64,000 nt of DNA, from positions 17,889 through 81,888 of the forward strand of contig JAJXUO010000009.1 of assembly GCA_021782815.1 (NCBI GenBank), given 5' to 3'. Shown one piece after another: positions 34,606-44,083 of the stretch (positions are counted from its first letter, which is position 1; each line of letters starts with the position of its first letter). The notes beneath the pieces were generated by a model. That model saw nothing but the letters and a program-made list of their open reading frames with translations, ran no database searches and had not been told where the DNA came from. Position numbers and translations under genes: made by a program. This DNA is from Pseudomonadota bacterium (lineage in GTDB: Bacteria; Pseudomonadota; Alphaproteobacteria; Rhodospirillales; Magnetospirillaceae).

Positions 34606-37209
34606 TCAGAACTCTTCCCAATCGTCTCCGGCGGCCTTCTTGGCCAGGGCCGGACGCTTGGCCGGAGCCGGCTTGCTCTCCTTGGCGGAATGCAGCTTGT
34701 TCAGATGTTCGTGAGCGATGGCGGCCTTGGCCGGAGTCCGCGCCGGAGGGGCGCGCCGGGTTTCCACGGCATGGGCGCTTTCAGGCGCCACGCGGACTTT
34801 ACCGGTCTGGAAGAAGCCCATCAGACGGTCCAGTTCCTGGGACTGATCCTCGAGGGCGCTGGCGGCGGCCGAGCTTTCCTCCACCAGGGCGGCGTTCTGC
34901 TGGGTCATTTCGTCCATCTGGGTGACGGCGGCGTTGACCTGCTCGATGCCGTCGGCCTGTTCCTGGCTGGCGGCGGCGATTTCGGCGACGATATCGGCCA
35001 CCCGCTTGACGCTGCCCAGGATGTCGTCGAGGGTGGTGCCGGCCTTTTTCACCAGATCGGCGCCGCCCTTCACCTCGGTGGTGGACTGGCCGATCAGCCC
35101 CTTGATCTCTTTGGAGGCCTGGGCCGAACGCTGCGCCAGGCTGCGCACCTCCTGGGCCACCACGGCGAAGCCCTTGCCGGCATCACCGGCGCGGGCCGCC
35201 TCGACGGCGGCATTCAACGCCAGCAGATTGGTCTGGAAGGCGATTTCGTCGATCATGCCCACGATGTCGCCGATGCGCTGCGACGAGGCCTCGATGCGGC
35301 CCATGGCGGCGATGGCGTCCGAGACCACCTGCCCGCCCGAGGCGGCGACGTCGCGCGCCCCCGAGGCCAGCTGATTGGCCTGCTGGGCGTTGGCGGCGTT
35401 CTGCTTGACGGTGGCCGACAGTTCCTCCATGGAGGCGGCGGTTTCCTCAAGGGCGCTGGCCTGCTGTTCCGAGCGCTGCGACAGATCGAGATTGCCGGTG
35501 GCGATCTCGCCGGTGGCGCTGTTGATGGAATTGGCCGCCGCCGTGATGGTGTCGACCATTTCGAACAGCTTGTCGATGGTTCCGTTCAAAGCGCTTTTGA
35601 TCTGGGTGAAGGTGCCTTCGTAGTCCTGGGTCATCTTCTTGGTCAGATCGCCGGCCGACACCGCCTTCAGCACGTCGACGCATTCGGTCATGCCGCGCTC
35701 GTTTTCCATGCGGTTACGCACCATCTCGCTGACGTCGGTGGCGTATTTCACCACCTTGAAGGGCTTGCCGTTGAGATCGAGGATGGGATTGTAGGAGGCC
35801 TGGATCCACACTTCGCGGCCGCCCTTGCCGATGCGCTTATATTCCGCCGCCTGGTATTCGCCCCGGTTGAGGGTGGCCCAGAACTGCTGGTAATCGGCGC
35901 TGGCGCGGAAGGCCGGGTCGACGAAAATGCTGTGATGCCGTCCCTTGACCTCGTCCAGAGTGTAGCCCAGGGCGTTGAGGAAGTTTGGATTGGCCTCGAT
36001 GATGGTGCCGTCCATGTTGAACGAGATCACCGCCTGCGACTTGTTGATGGCGTCGATCTGGCCGGCATAATCGGCGTTGCGCAGTTTCTGCTGGGTGACG
36101 TCGGTGGCGAACTTCACCACCTTGAAGGGCTTGCCGTTGAGATCGAGGATGGGATTGTAGGAGGCCTGGATCCACACTTCGCGGCCGCCCTTGCCGATGC
36201 GCTTATATTCCGCCGCCTGGTATTCGCCCCGGTTGAGGGCGGCCCAGAACTGCTGATAGTCGGGGCTATTGGCGTAGGCGGCCTCAACGAAGATGCTGTG
36301 ATGCTTACCCTTGACCTCGTCCAGGGTGTAGCCCAAAGCGTTGAGGAAGTTGGCATTGGCCTCGATGATGGAGCCGTCCATGTTGAACGAGATCACCGCC
36401 TGCGATTTGCCGATGGCCTCGATCTGGCCGACATAATCGGCGTTGCGGATTTTCTGGCTGGTGACGTCGGTGGCGAATTTCACCACTTTCACCGGCTTGC
36501 CGTTGGCGTCGAGGATGGGGTTGTAGGAGGCCTGGATCCACACCTCGCGGCCGCCCTTGCCGATGCGCTTATATTCCGCCGCCTGGAATTCGCCCCGGTT
36601 GAGGGCGGCCCAGAACTGCTGATAATCGGGGCTGCTGCGATAGGCGGCCTCAACGAAGATGCTGTGATGCTTGCCGCGGATCTCGTCCAGGCTATAGCCC
36701 AGAAGGTCGAGGAAATTCTGATTGGCCTCGACCACCGTGCCGTCCATGTTGAAGGTGATCATGGCCTGGGACTTGCTGATGGCCTTGATCTGCCCGGCAA
36801 AGTCGAACGCCTGCTGGCGCACCGAGGCGTCGCTCCATTCCACCAGGGTGCCGGTGCGGCGGCCTTGGCCGTCGAACAGGGGCGTGCTGGTCAGATCGAA
36901 CTGGCGCGATCCCACCGTGATGCTGCTCTGATGCGGCGCGGTCAGGCCGTCCAGCAGGCGCCGCTGATGGCCGGGCGTCTGGTGGAAGATGTCCATGCTT
37001 TCCCCAACCAGGCGCGCGGCGGAGAAATTGGGCAGATCCTTCTGCATGTCGCCTTCGGCGTCGCGGAGGAAAGCCTTCATGGCCGGATTGACGTAGACGA
37101 TCATATGGTCCGCATCCGCCAGCATGACGTTGGTGGTCACTTTATCGAGTGCATCCAGCTTGGCCAGATCAACGGCGCCGGGGCGGTTGGACGACAGGAA
37201 AGAAAACAT
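34606..37209 (-). CDS. Soluble methyl-accepting chemotaxis protein with four PAS-type modules (three near-identical)
   Basis: ATG at 37207-37209 gives 867 aa. No TM segment. Three 122-aa PAS/PAC repeats, the MCP signalling hairpin ([33 protein letters not shown]) and a C-terminal DWEEF pentapeptide. Confidence 0.9.
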   Translation of the reverse strand: MFSFLSSNRPGAVDLAKLDALDKVTTNVMLADADHMIVYVNPAMKAFLRDAEGDMQKDLPNFSAARLVGESMDIFHQTPGHQRRLLDGLTAPHQSSITVGSRQFDLTSTPLFDGQGRRTGTLVEWSDASVRQQAFDFAGQIKAISKSQAMITFNMDGTVVEANQNFLDLLGYSLDEIRGKHHSIFVEAAYRSSPDYQQFWAALNRGEFQAAEYKRIGKGGREVWIQASYNPILDANGKPVKVVKFATDVTSQKIRNADYVGQIEAIGKSQAVISFNMDGSIIEANANFLNALGYTLDEVKGKHHSIFVEAAYANSPDYQQFWAALNRGEYQAAEYKRIGKGGREVWIQASYNPILDLNGKPFKVVKFATDVTQQKLRNADYAGQIDAINKSQAVISFNMDGTIIEANPNFLNALGYTLDEVKGRHHSIFVDPAFRASADYQQFWATLNRGEYQAAEYKRIGKGGREVWIQASYNPILDLNGKPFKVVKYATDVSEMVRNRMENERGMTECVDVLKAVSAGDLTKKMTQDYEGTFTQIKSALNGTIDKLFEMVDTITAAANSINSATGEIATGNLDLSQRSEQQASALEETAASMEELSATVKQNAANAQQANQLASGARDVAASGGQVVSDAIAAMGRIEASSQRIGDIVGMIDEIAFQTNLLALNAAVEAARAGDAGKGFAVVAQEVRSLAQRSAQASKEIKGLIGQSTTEVKGGADLVKKAGTTLDDILGSVKRVADIVAEIAAASQEQADGIEQVNAAVTQMDEMTQQNAALVEESSAAASALEDQSQELDRLMGFFQTGKVRVAPESAHAVETRRAPPARTPAKAAIAHEHLNKLHSAKESKPAPAKRPALAKKAAGDDWEEF
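35731..36828. repeat. Three tandem copies of a 366-bp unit inside the PAS-MCP gene
   Basis: The period of 366 bp is confirmed by ATGCGCTTAT at 35831, 36197 and 36563. The tract 35747-35873 recurs without mismatch at 36113-36239. Confidence 0.9.
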
Positions 37210-37278
37210 GGCGAAACCTTTTCTGCTAGACGTTGGCGGTCTTGGCATTGGACTGGAAAATTAAAAAACACATGTGAG

Positions 37279-37749
37279 TCAGGCCGCTGTGGCGCCGACG
37301 CTGTGCGCCGCGGCAATACTTTGGGAATCGAACAGATCGTCCAGCCCCAACAGGGTGACCATGCGCCCCGTCGTGATGACGATCCCTTGGATGTAATGAT
37401 TTTGCCCGTGATCGACCTCGGGAACCGGGCGGATCTCATCGGGCTGCACCGTCAGGATATCCACCACGGCATCCACCAGAATACCCAGCAGCCGTCCATG
37501 CACAGCCATCACCACCACCACATGCCGGGGCGACGGTTCCGTCAGGATACCGGTAAAACGGGCGCGGAGATCAAAAACGGGAACAATGACGCCGCGCAGG
37601 TTAATCACGCCGCGCATGGAGGCTGGCATTTCCGGCAATTCCGTCACCATGGTCCATCCTTTGATTTCCCGGATGGCCATCACATCGAACCCGTATTCTT
37701 CGGCGCCGATCGTGAAGGTGATGAATTGACGCCCACTATTCGTGGTCAT
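37279..37749 (-). CDS. cheW: Chemotaxis coupling protein CheW (second copy)
   Basis: FITFTIGAEEYGFDVMAIREIKGW...RGVINLRGVIVPVFDLR. 156 aa. Confidence 0.9.
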   Translation of the reverse strand: MTTNSGRQFITFTIGAEEYGFDVMAIREIKGWTMVTELPEMPASMRGVINLRGVIVPVFDLRARFTGILTEPSPRHVVVVMAVHGRLLGILVDAVVDILTVQPDEIRPVPEVDHGQNHYIQGIVITTGRMVTLLGLDDLFDSQSIAAAHSVGATAA

Positions 37750-37936
37750 CGGTGGCTGTCCTTGTTCAGGCTCTTTTCACAAAAAATTTAGGGGATGGTA
37801 CCACCTTTCCGGGCGGATAGAAGGGGCGCGGGCCGAATTGCGGAGGGAAAATGGCGGTTTCATACAAAATATTTATAAGGAATCATCCTTTTGATGGAGC
37901 CCCTCTTGTTCCAAGTGAGGGGATGTTCTCTTTGGG

Positions 37937-39922
37937 TCAATCCCAGAGTTCATCCTCTTCAATCTGAGTATTTTGCTGGGTTTTTTCCGGTGTTTGTTCC
38001 GGGATTTCGGCGATCACCGTTTCCAGCCGGGCGGACTGCGCCGGAGTGGGGTGGAATTCCACATGCAGGCCCGCGGGAGAGAGCTGCACCACCACGGCCT
38101 CGAGGTGATCGACCCGGCCGATGGTGAGGTGCAGGGTATCGCCCACCGCCACACCGGCGGGTTTTTCGTTCAGGCAGGCGCCGCCCGGGGAAACGTCGGT
38201 CAGGCGCGCCTCCAGGGCGCGGTCGGCCAACTGCAGGCGCACCGGCCAGTCGACGGCCCGGCGCGGATGCTTGCGGCGGTCGTGCACCAGGGAATTGCGC
38301 AGCCGGTCCACCAGGCGATCGCTGATGGCTTCCATCTCGTGGCCGATGGATCCCACCACCGATCCCAGCAATACCGACATCTGTTCGGTTTCGGAGGTGG
38401 TGCTGGAGATGGTGGCCACGGCGTTGGAGACATCGCCGGCCGCCTGGGCCGCCACATCCGCCAGACGGGCGATCCGTTCCGCCGACTGTTCCTGCTCGGC
38501 CGCGCTGGACACGATGCCGCCCGACAGGTCCGATACCTCGCGCATGCCGGAATCGGTGGCTTCGATCAGGGTGACCGTGGCGGCGACGCCGGTCTGGATG
38601 GAGGAGATCCGGGTGGCGATCTCGCCGGTGGCCTTGGCCGTCTGATTGGCCAGGTTTTTCACTTCGCCCGCCACCACGGCGAAGCCCTTGCCGGCGTCGC
38701 CGGCCCGCGCCGCCTCGATGGTGGCATTGAGGGCCAGAAGGTTGGTTTGGGCGGCGATGTCGTTGATCAGCTGCACCACGTCGCCGATCTGGCGCGAGGC
38801 CTCGGCCAGGGCGGCAACCTCGGCCAGGCCGGCCTTGGCCCGCGCGGCGGTGGCGGTGGTGACGTCGAACGAGCGTTCGGCATCGGCGCGCATTTGCCGG
38901 ATGGCCTCCAGCATGGCCTCTCCGGCCCGGGCCGCCTGATCGATATTGCTGCGGGCGGTTTCCGAAGCGGTGGCGGCGCATTGGTTCTGCTGGGCGACGG
39001 AGGCCGATTGCTCGCGCAGGTTATCGGCCACATGTCCCAAGGTGGCCGAGCGCTCGCCCATGGCGCCCACGCCGTGGGCGATCTCGCCTTGCAGATCGGC
39101 CGACAGCGTGAAGAACATGGAGCGCAGTTCGGATTCGGAAGAGCGGCCGATCCGGTTCATCTCGGCCTGTTTGACCGCGGACAGGGCCGTGATGCCCTGC
39201 AGGATCCTGATCTGAAACAACAGGCCGTCCACGTCGGCCACCGGCGAGGAAAGCTTCAGCTCGTCGCCCTCCCGGTTGGCGAGAACGGCGTTGAGGGTCG
39301 CGCCGATGGCGGCCAGCGGCCGCATCACGGCGCGCTGCGCCCCCAAGAGCAGCAGTGCCGCCACGGCGGCGGCGGCGGCGATCCCGGCCGGCGCCACCCC
39401 TGGAGCGAACAGCGGGACGGCGGCACAGGCCAGGATCAGGACCAGTCCAAGCGCCAGCCAGCCCATTGCCGCCAGACCGCGGCGGCGCGGCACGCGCCCC
39501 GGTTGCTGGATGGCGTTGATGCCCAGGCTTTGAAAATAAGGGGTGTAAAGGCTGTCCTCGTTGATGGTGTGCCCCAGCAGCCAGTCGCGCACGAAGTCGA
39601 ACAGATCGTCGCCGATGGTGTCGGCGCCGCCCTGCTGGAAGGCCGTCTCCAGTTCCGCCAGCCGGGTCAGGGCGCGCTGATGACTTTGCGTATGTTCGGC
39701 GGCGGCGGGATAGTTCCATTTGGCGAACAGCGCCTCCTCGCGGGCGAAGTGGCTGGCGCAATGCTCTTGCAGACGCGCCAGGATCCGGCGCAGTTGCCGG
39801 GGATCGTCCCGGCGCTCGTTGGCGTCCCACAGGCTGTTCAGCAGCGTGATGATTTCGCGATGGTCGTCGTCGAACTCGGTAACACCGACGCTAAGGCCTT
39901 CAGACCAATCCAAAAAAGCCAT
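37937..39922 (-). CDS. Methyl-accepting chemotaxis protein with N-terminal hemerythrin domain and C-terminal PilZ domain
   Basis: ATG at 39920-39922 (GGGGGAG upstream) gives 661 aa. Hemerythrin motifs ([30 protein letters not shown]), 2 TM helices and the MCP hairpin ([33 protein letters not shown]). PilZ motifs RRKHPRR and DVSPGG. Confidence 0.9.
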   Translation of the reverse strand: MAFLDWSEGLSVGVTEFDDDHREIITLLNSLWDANERRDDPRQLRRILARLQEHCASHFAREEALFAKWNYPAAAEHTQSHQRALTRLAELETAFQQGGADTIGDDLFDFVRDWLLGHTINEDSLYTPYFQSLGINAIQQPGRVPRRRGLAAMGWLALGLVLILACAAVPLFAPGVAPAGIAAAAAVAALLLLGAQRAVMRPLAAIGATLNAVLANREGDELKLSSPVADVDGLLFQIRILQGITALSAVKQAEMNRIGRSSESELRSMFFTLSADLQGEIAHGVGAMGERSATLGHVADNLREQSASVAQQNQCAATASETARSNIDQAARAGEAMLEAIRQMRADAERSFDVTTATAARAKAGLAEVAALAEASRQIGDVVQLINDIAAQTNLLALNATIEAARAGDAGKGFAVVAGEVKNLANQTAKATGEIATRISSIQTGVAATVTLIEATDSGMREVSDLSGGIVSSAAEQEQSAERIARLADVAAQAAGDVSNAVATISSTTSETEQMSVLLGSVVGSIGHEMEAISDRLVDRLRNSLVHDRRKHPRRAVDWPVRLQLADRALEARLTDVSPGGACLNEKPAGVAVGDTLHLTIGRVDHLEAVVVQLSPAGLHVEFHPTPAQSARLETVIAEIPEQTPEKTQQNTQIEEDELWD

Positions 39923-40192
39923 GGGACTCCCCCTTTTTCTTCCTCCAGAAGATCGGTCCGGAACCGGGGTGCCGATGGTTTGCGCGGCACGCATTGGGTC
40001 GGAGTGTTGAAATTCTGAAGATGTATTTCCCTTAACACATTATGCGCGAAGGCGATGCTCAGCAAGACGTCGCGGATCGGGCCCGATTGGGCTGGCCCGA
40101 CGGAAGGGGCCTTGTTACAGTCGCCCTCTGCCCCGTAACGGCGCGCCCCTGCAGGCGCCCGGGACGGACCGTTTCGCAAGGATACTCAACGC

Positions 40193-40996
40193 ATGTCCCA
40201 TCCCGGTTCCGGCATGTCGCGCCTGCTGGCCATCATGTCCCGCCTGCGTGATCCCCGGGGCGGTTGCCCCTGGGATCTGGAACAGACCTTCGCCAGCATC
40301 GCCCCCCATACCATCGAAGAGGCCTACGAGGTGGTGGAGGCCATCGAAAGCGGCGACCGCGCCGCCCTGCGCGATGAGCTGGGCGATCTTTTGTTCCAGG
40401 TGGTGTTCTACGCCCAGATGGGCCGCGAGGAAGGCTGTTTCGACTTCGAGACGATCGCCGCCGCCATCTGCGACAAGATGGAGCGTCGCCACCCCCATAT
40501 CTTTCTCGATGCCGACGCCCCCAAGGTGGCCGACGCCGAGGCCCAGGTACGGGCCTGGGAGGAGACCAAGGCCGCCGAACGCGCCGCCAAGGCCGCCGAC
40601 GGCGTGCTGGATGGGGTTTCCACCGCCCTGCCCGCCATCACCCGCGCCCTGAAACTGCAGGGGCGCGCCGCCCGCGTCGGCTTCGACTGGCCCGAGGCCG
40701 CCGATGTTCTGGACAAGATCGAAGAGGAAATCGGCGAGGTGCGCCAGGAACTGCCCGGCGCCAGCCCCGACCGTCTGGAGGACGAGGTGGGCGATCTGTT
40801 GTTTGCCTGCGTCAATCTGGCGCGCAAACTGAAGGTGGACCCGGAAAGCGCCCTGCGGCGCTGCAACCGTAAATTCGAAACCCGCTTCCGCCATATCGAA
40901 CGGGAACTGGCCAAGGCCGGGCGCAGCCCCGCCGAGGCCGACCTCGAGGACATGGAGCGGTTGTGGGTGGCGGCCAAACAGGAGACCGGAGCATGA
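40193..40996 (+). CDS. mazG: Nucleoside triphosphate pyrophosphohydrolase MazG
   Basis: CPWDLEQTFASIAPHTIEEAYEVVEAI and two EExGDLLF-type repeats (DELGDLLFQVV, DEVGDLLFACV). Confidence 0.9.
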   Translation: MSHPGSGMSRLLAIMSRLRDPRGGCPWDLEQTFASIAPHTIEEAYEVVEAIESGDRAALRDELGDLLFQVVFYAQMGREEGCFDFETIAAAICDKMERRHPHIFLDADAPKVADAEAQVRAWEETKAAERAAKAADGVLDGVSTALPAITRALKLQGRAARVGFDWPEAADVLDKIEEEIGEVRQELPGASPDRLEDEVGDLLFACVNLARKLKVDPESALRRCNRKFETRFRHIERELAKAGRSPAEADLEDMERLWVAAKQETGA

Positions 40997-41634
40997 TGTC
41001 CGCGCGCAAGATCCTCGTTCCCATGGCCTGCCTGCTGCTGCTGACGGTGCTGGCCGCCTGCTATCTGCCCAATCATTTCAAATCCGAGATCCGCCTTGGC
41101 GCCAACGGCGATTACGCCATCAGTTTCTATGGCGATCTGACCTGGGCGCCGCTCTATCGCGCCATCGCCCAGGGCAAGATCTCGCCGGCCGACGCCGCCA
41201 AGGAAAATGCCGCCATCGAGGCCGACCTGCGCCGCGATCCCAGCTTCAAATCCATCGAGCCCCTGGGCCAGGGCCGTTTCAAGGTGGCCTACGAGCGCCA
41301 GGGACATCTGGGTCTGAACGACATGGTGACCTTCGTGCGCCGCAACGCCATCATTCTGGAGATCACCTCCAAGCCCGACGGCCGCATCATCGTCAACGGC
41401 AATACCCTGCGCCCCGGCGACGCCCAAAGCCTGACCAGCGCCGGCATGAACGTGCAGGGCCAGTTCCGCATCATCACCAACGGCCTGGTGAAGGAGCAGA
41501 ACGCCTCGACGATCCGCAATTACGACGGCTATCTGGTCTATATCTGGGATATTGAAAACGCCTTCTCCCCCGCCCCACATTTCGTCATGCAGCGCGAGGG
41601 GGTGTTCCCCCAGGGCGGCAAGACCCCTCATTGA
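40993..41634 (+). CDS. Hypothetical lipoprotein (213 aa)
   Basis: ATGA overlap with the mazG stop. Lipobox LTVLAAC. No family recognised. Confidence 0.7.
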   Translation: MMSARKILVPMACLLLLTVLAACYLPNHFKSEIRLGANGDYAISFYGDLTWAPLYRAIAQGKISPADAAKENAAIEADLRRDPSFKSIEPLGQGRFKVAYERQGHLGLNDMVTFVRRNAIILEITSKPDGRIIVNGNTLRPGDAQSLTSAGMNVQGQFRIITNGLVKEQNASTIRNYDGYLVYIWDIENAFSPAPHFVMQREGVFPQGGKTPH

Positions 41635-41649
41635 GCCCAAGGATGTAAG

Positions 41650-42411
41650 ATGAGCCTTTCCCAGGACACCACGGTTTTCATCACCGGCGCCAGTTCCGGT
41701 TTCGGCGCCGCCGCCGCCCGGCTGTTCGCCAAGGACGGCGTGCGGCTGGTGCTGGCGGCACGCCGCCAGGACCGGTTGGACGCCCTGAAGGCGGAGTTGG
41801 ACGTGCCCTGCCATGTGCTGACCCTGGATCAGCGCGACCGCCAGGCGGTGGCCCGGGCCTTCGCCGCCCTGCCCGAACCCTTCGCCAAAATCGACGTGCT
41901 GGTGAACAATGCCGGGCTGGCGCAGGGTCTGGAGGCGGCCGACAACGCCGATCTGGATGACTGGGACCGCATGGTGGACACCAACATCAAGGGCCTGATG
42001 TACTGCACCCGCGCCGTACTGCCCGGCATGGTGGCGCGCAAACGCGGCCATATCATCAATATCGGCTCGGTGGCCGGGCGTTATCCCTATCCGGGCGGCA
42101 ATGTATACGGCGGCACCAAGGCCTTCGTCGAGCAGTTCTCCCTGAACCTGCGCGCCGAACTGCTGGGCAAGGGCGTGCGGGTGACGGTGATCGAACCGGG
42201 GATGTGCGATACCGAATTTTCCCTGGTGCGCTTCAAGGGCGACGGCGCCAAGGCCGACAGCGTTTATGCCGGCATGACGCCGCTTTCGGCCGACGATATC
42301 GCCAACTGCATCCATTGGGTGGCCGCCCTGCCCCCGCATGTGAACATCAATACCCTGGAAGTGATGCCCACCGAACAGGCCAATGGCGGCTTCGCCGTGC
42401 ATCGCTGCTGA
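41650..42411 (+). CDS. SDR family NADP-dependent oxidoreductase (YdfG-like)
   Basis: TGASSGFG, NNAG, and the YxxxK catalytic motif (YGGTKAF). Confidence 0.9.
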   Translation: MSLSQDTTVFITGASSGFGAAAARLFAKDGVRLVLAARRQDRLDALKAELDVPCHVLTLDQRDRQAVARAFAALPEPFAKIDVLVNNAGLAQGLEAADNADLDDWDRMVDTNIKGLMYCTRAVLPGMVARKRGHIINIGSVAGRYPYPGGNVYGGTKAFVEQFSLNLRAELLGKGVRVTVIEPGMCDTEFSLVRFKGDGAKADSVYAGMTPLSADDIANCIHWVAALPPHVNINTLEVMPTEQANGGFAVHRC

Positions 42412-42524
42412 ATTCGCAAATCGCAAGGCGCTCTTTTCGCAATTTGCGGCGCAGATCACGAAAAAAGCCGGAATGTTCCGCTTCCGGGCCGGAAAAAATC
42501 CCGTAATTCCGCGCCTCCGATAGT

Positions 42525-42540
42525 TGGCATGCTTCGTGCT
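42525..42540 (+). promoter_or_regulatory. Sigma-54-type -24/-12 promoter-like element (TGGCATG-N4-GTGCT)
   Basis: GG at 42526-42527 and GC at 42538-42539 have the canonical spacing. There are two mismatches to TGGCACG-N4-TTGCW. Sequence match only. Confidence 0.3.
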
Positions 42541-42609
42541 TTGTAGTGGGCATGTCCGCTCCGGGGAGTTCCCAACCCCCCAGCCCTACTCTCCGGCGCG
42601 TTCAAGACA

Positions 42610-42640
42610 GGGGCCTCCTTCGGGAGGCCCCGATGCTTTT
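42610..42640 (+). terminator. Intrinsic-terminator-like hairpin (9-bp GC stem, UUCG loop, U-rich tail)
   Basis: GGGGCCTCC-TTCG-GGAGGCCCC followed by GATGCTTTT, located about 90 nt upstream of the next start codon. Confidence 0.5.
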
Positions 42641-42730
42641 AAGCGGGGAAGCGCTCTATCAGAGCGCGGGAAATCGTATTATGCTGCGGCACACCGTGTT
42701 CAAAGCCGCGCGCCGAAGGGTTTCCCCACA

Positions 42731-44062
42731 ATGATTCATCTGGCCAATATTCTGATCGCCTCCGATGACGCCGTCTTTTGTCAGGACCTGTTGCGGATGG
42801 TGCGCGGATACGGCTATGTCGGCGATGCGGTGGCGTCGCTGACCGAGGCGGTGAACTCGACGCGCAACGAACATCCCGATCTGCTGCTGCTGGGGCCGAC
42901 CTTGGCCGGAGGATCGCCCCTGGCGCTGGCGCGAACCTTGCGCCAGGACGCGGCGTGCCAGGATATTCCCCTCTGTCTGCTGACGCACGCCTGCCCGCCC
43001 AGCGAAAAGCGGGCGGCGCTGGAAGCCGGAATCGACGACGTGGTGATCGCGCCGTGGTCCGACGACAAACTTCAGGCCCATCTGCGGCCGCTGGTGCGCA
43101 TCGCCACCATGTATGTGGAATTGCAGCAGCGCGCCGGGGCGGCCCACGGCATGGGCGTCCAGGCCGCCACCGCCGTGCCGCCGCTGGATCTGCCCGCGCG
43201 CTGTTCGCTGCTGATGGTCGGCGCCGTTGCGCCCGCCCTGCGAGCCGCGCTCGAAGGCGATGCCGTGGTGCAGGCCGCCGATCCCTTCGTGGCCGAGGGA
43301 TTGCTGGACGACAGCAACTTCGATGCCGCCATTCTGGCGCTGCCCGCCGATACCGACAGCGGCCGGATCCAGCCCTATCTCGATCTCTGCTCCCAACTGC
43401 GCAACAATCCCCGGCTGTTCAATCTGCCGGTGGTGGCCATCAGCGACGCCGCCGTCTTCGACGAAACCACCGCCTACCGCCACGGCGTCAGCGCCTTTTT
43501 CCCGGAACGGTTCGACCGCGACGATCTCAGGGTGACGGTGCAATCCCTGGTGCGCCGTCAGCGGCTGCGCTGGGCCATCCGCCAGGCCATCGCCCGCACG
43601 CAGGGCGAGGCCAGCCTGGACCGCGGCACCATCGCCTATTCCCGGGCCTTTTTCGACCGCTATCTGGCCGATCGCCTGGAGTTCGCCGCCCGGCACGGCC
43701 GCCATCTGGCTCTGATGTTCTTCCGGGTGCCCGATATCGAGGGGGTGCGCCAGCGTTTCGGCGATGAGGCGGCGGCGCATCTGCGTTTGCAGGTGTCGCA
43801 ATGGATTATCAGCCTCTTACGCGGCGAGGATCTGACCGCCCGCACCGACGAGAACGAGTTTTGCGTGGTGCTGCCCGATACCCCCCGGGAAGAGGCGGCC
43901 ATCGTCATGCATCGTATCGCCGGGGTGCTGGCCTATACCGATTTCGCCGTCAAGGATGTGTATCAACCGGTAAAGGTGTGGGTGCGGGTCGGCGCCTCGG
44001 ACTATCACCCCGGTGACGATGTGGCCGCCCTGGTGGGCCGCGCCCATCAGGAAATGCTGTAA
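42731..44062 (+). CDS. PleD/PopA-like REC-REC-GGDEF protein with degenerate active site
   Basis: ATG at 42731 gives 443 aa. There are two receiver-like domains lacking the phospho-acceptor Asp (LLLLGPTL, AAILALPAD). The GGDEF domain has DENEF in place of GG[DE]EF, with RGED (RxxD) five residues upstream. Confidence 0.8.
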   Translation: MIHLANILIASDDAVFCQDLLRMVRGYGYVGDAVASLTEAVNSTRNEHPDLLLLGPTLAGGSPLALARTLRQDAACQDIPLCLLTHACPPSEKRAALEAGIDDVVIAPWSDDKLQAHLRPLVRIATMYVELQQRAGAAHGMGVQAATAVPPLDLPARCSLLMVGAVAPALRAALEGDAVVQAADPFVAEGLLDDSNFDAAILALPADTDSGRIQPYLDLCSQLRNNPRLFNLPVVAISDAAVFDETTAYRHGVSAFFPERFDRDDLRVTVQSLVRRQRLRWAIRQAIARTQGEASLDRGTIAYSRAFFDRYLADRLEFAARHGRHLALMFFRVPDIEGVRQRFGDEAAAHLRLQVSQWIISLLRGEDLTARTDENEFCVVLPDTPREEAAIVMHRIAGVLAYTDFAVKDVYQPVKVWVRVGASDYHPGDDVAALVGRAHQEML

Positions 44063-44083
44063 CGCCGCGGGAGGACGCCACCG

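Noticed and set aside
34345-37791. 1148-aa plus-strand ORF opposite the PAS-MCP and cheW genes, itself showing internal repeats.
   Set aside because: The repeats merely mirror the 366-bp PAS repeats on the coding strand. The translation is low-complexity, and the minus-strand genes have clear motifs.
42459-42502. Hairpin CCGGAA-N8-TTCCGG flanked by A6 on both sides, read as the terminator of the SDR gene.
   Set aside because: On the plus strand the hairpin is followed by A residues, not U, so it would only terminate minus-strand transcription, and no minus-strand gene is evident. It is kept as a note within the sRNA/leader finding.
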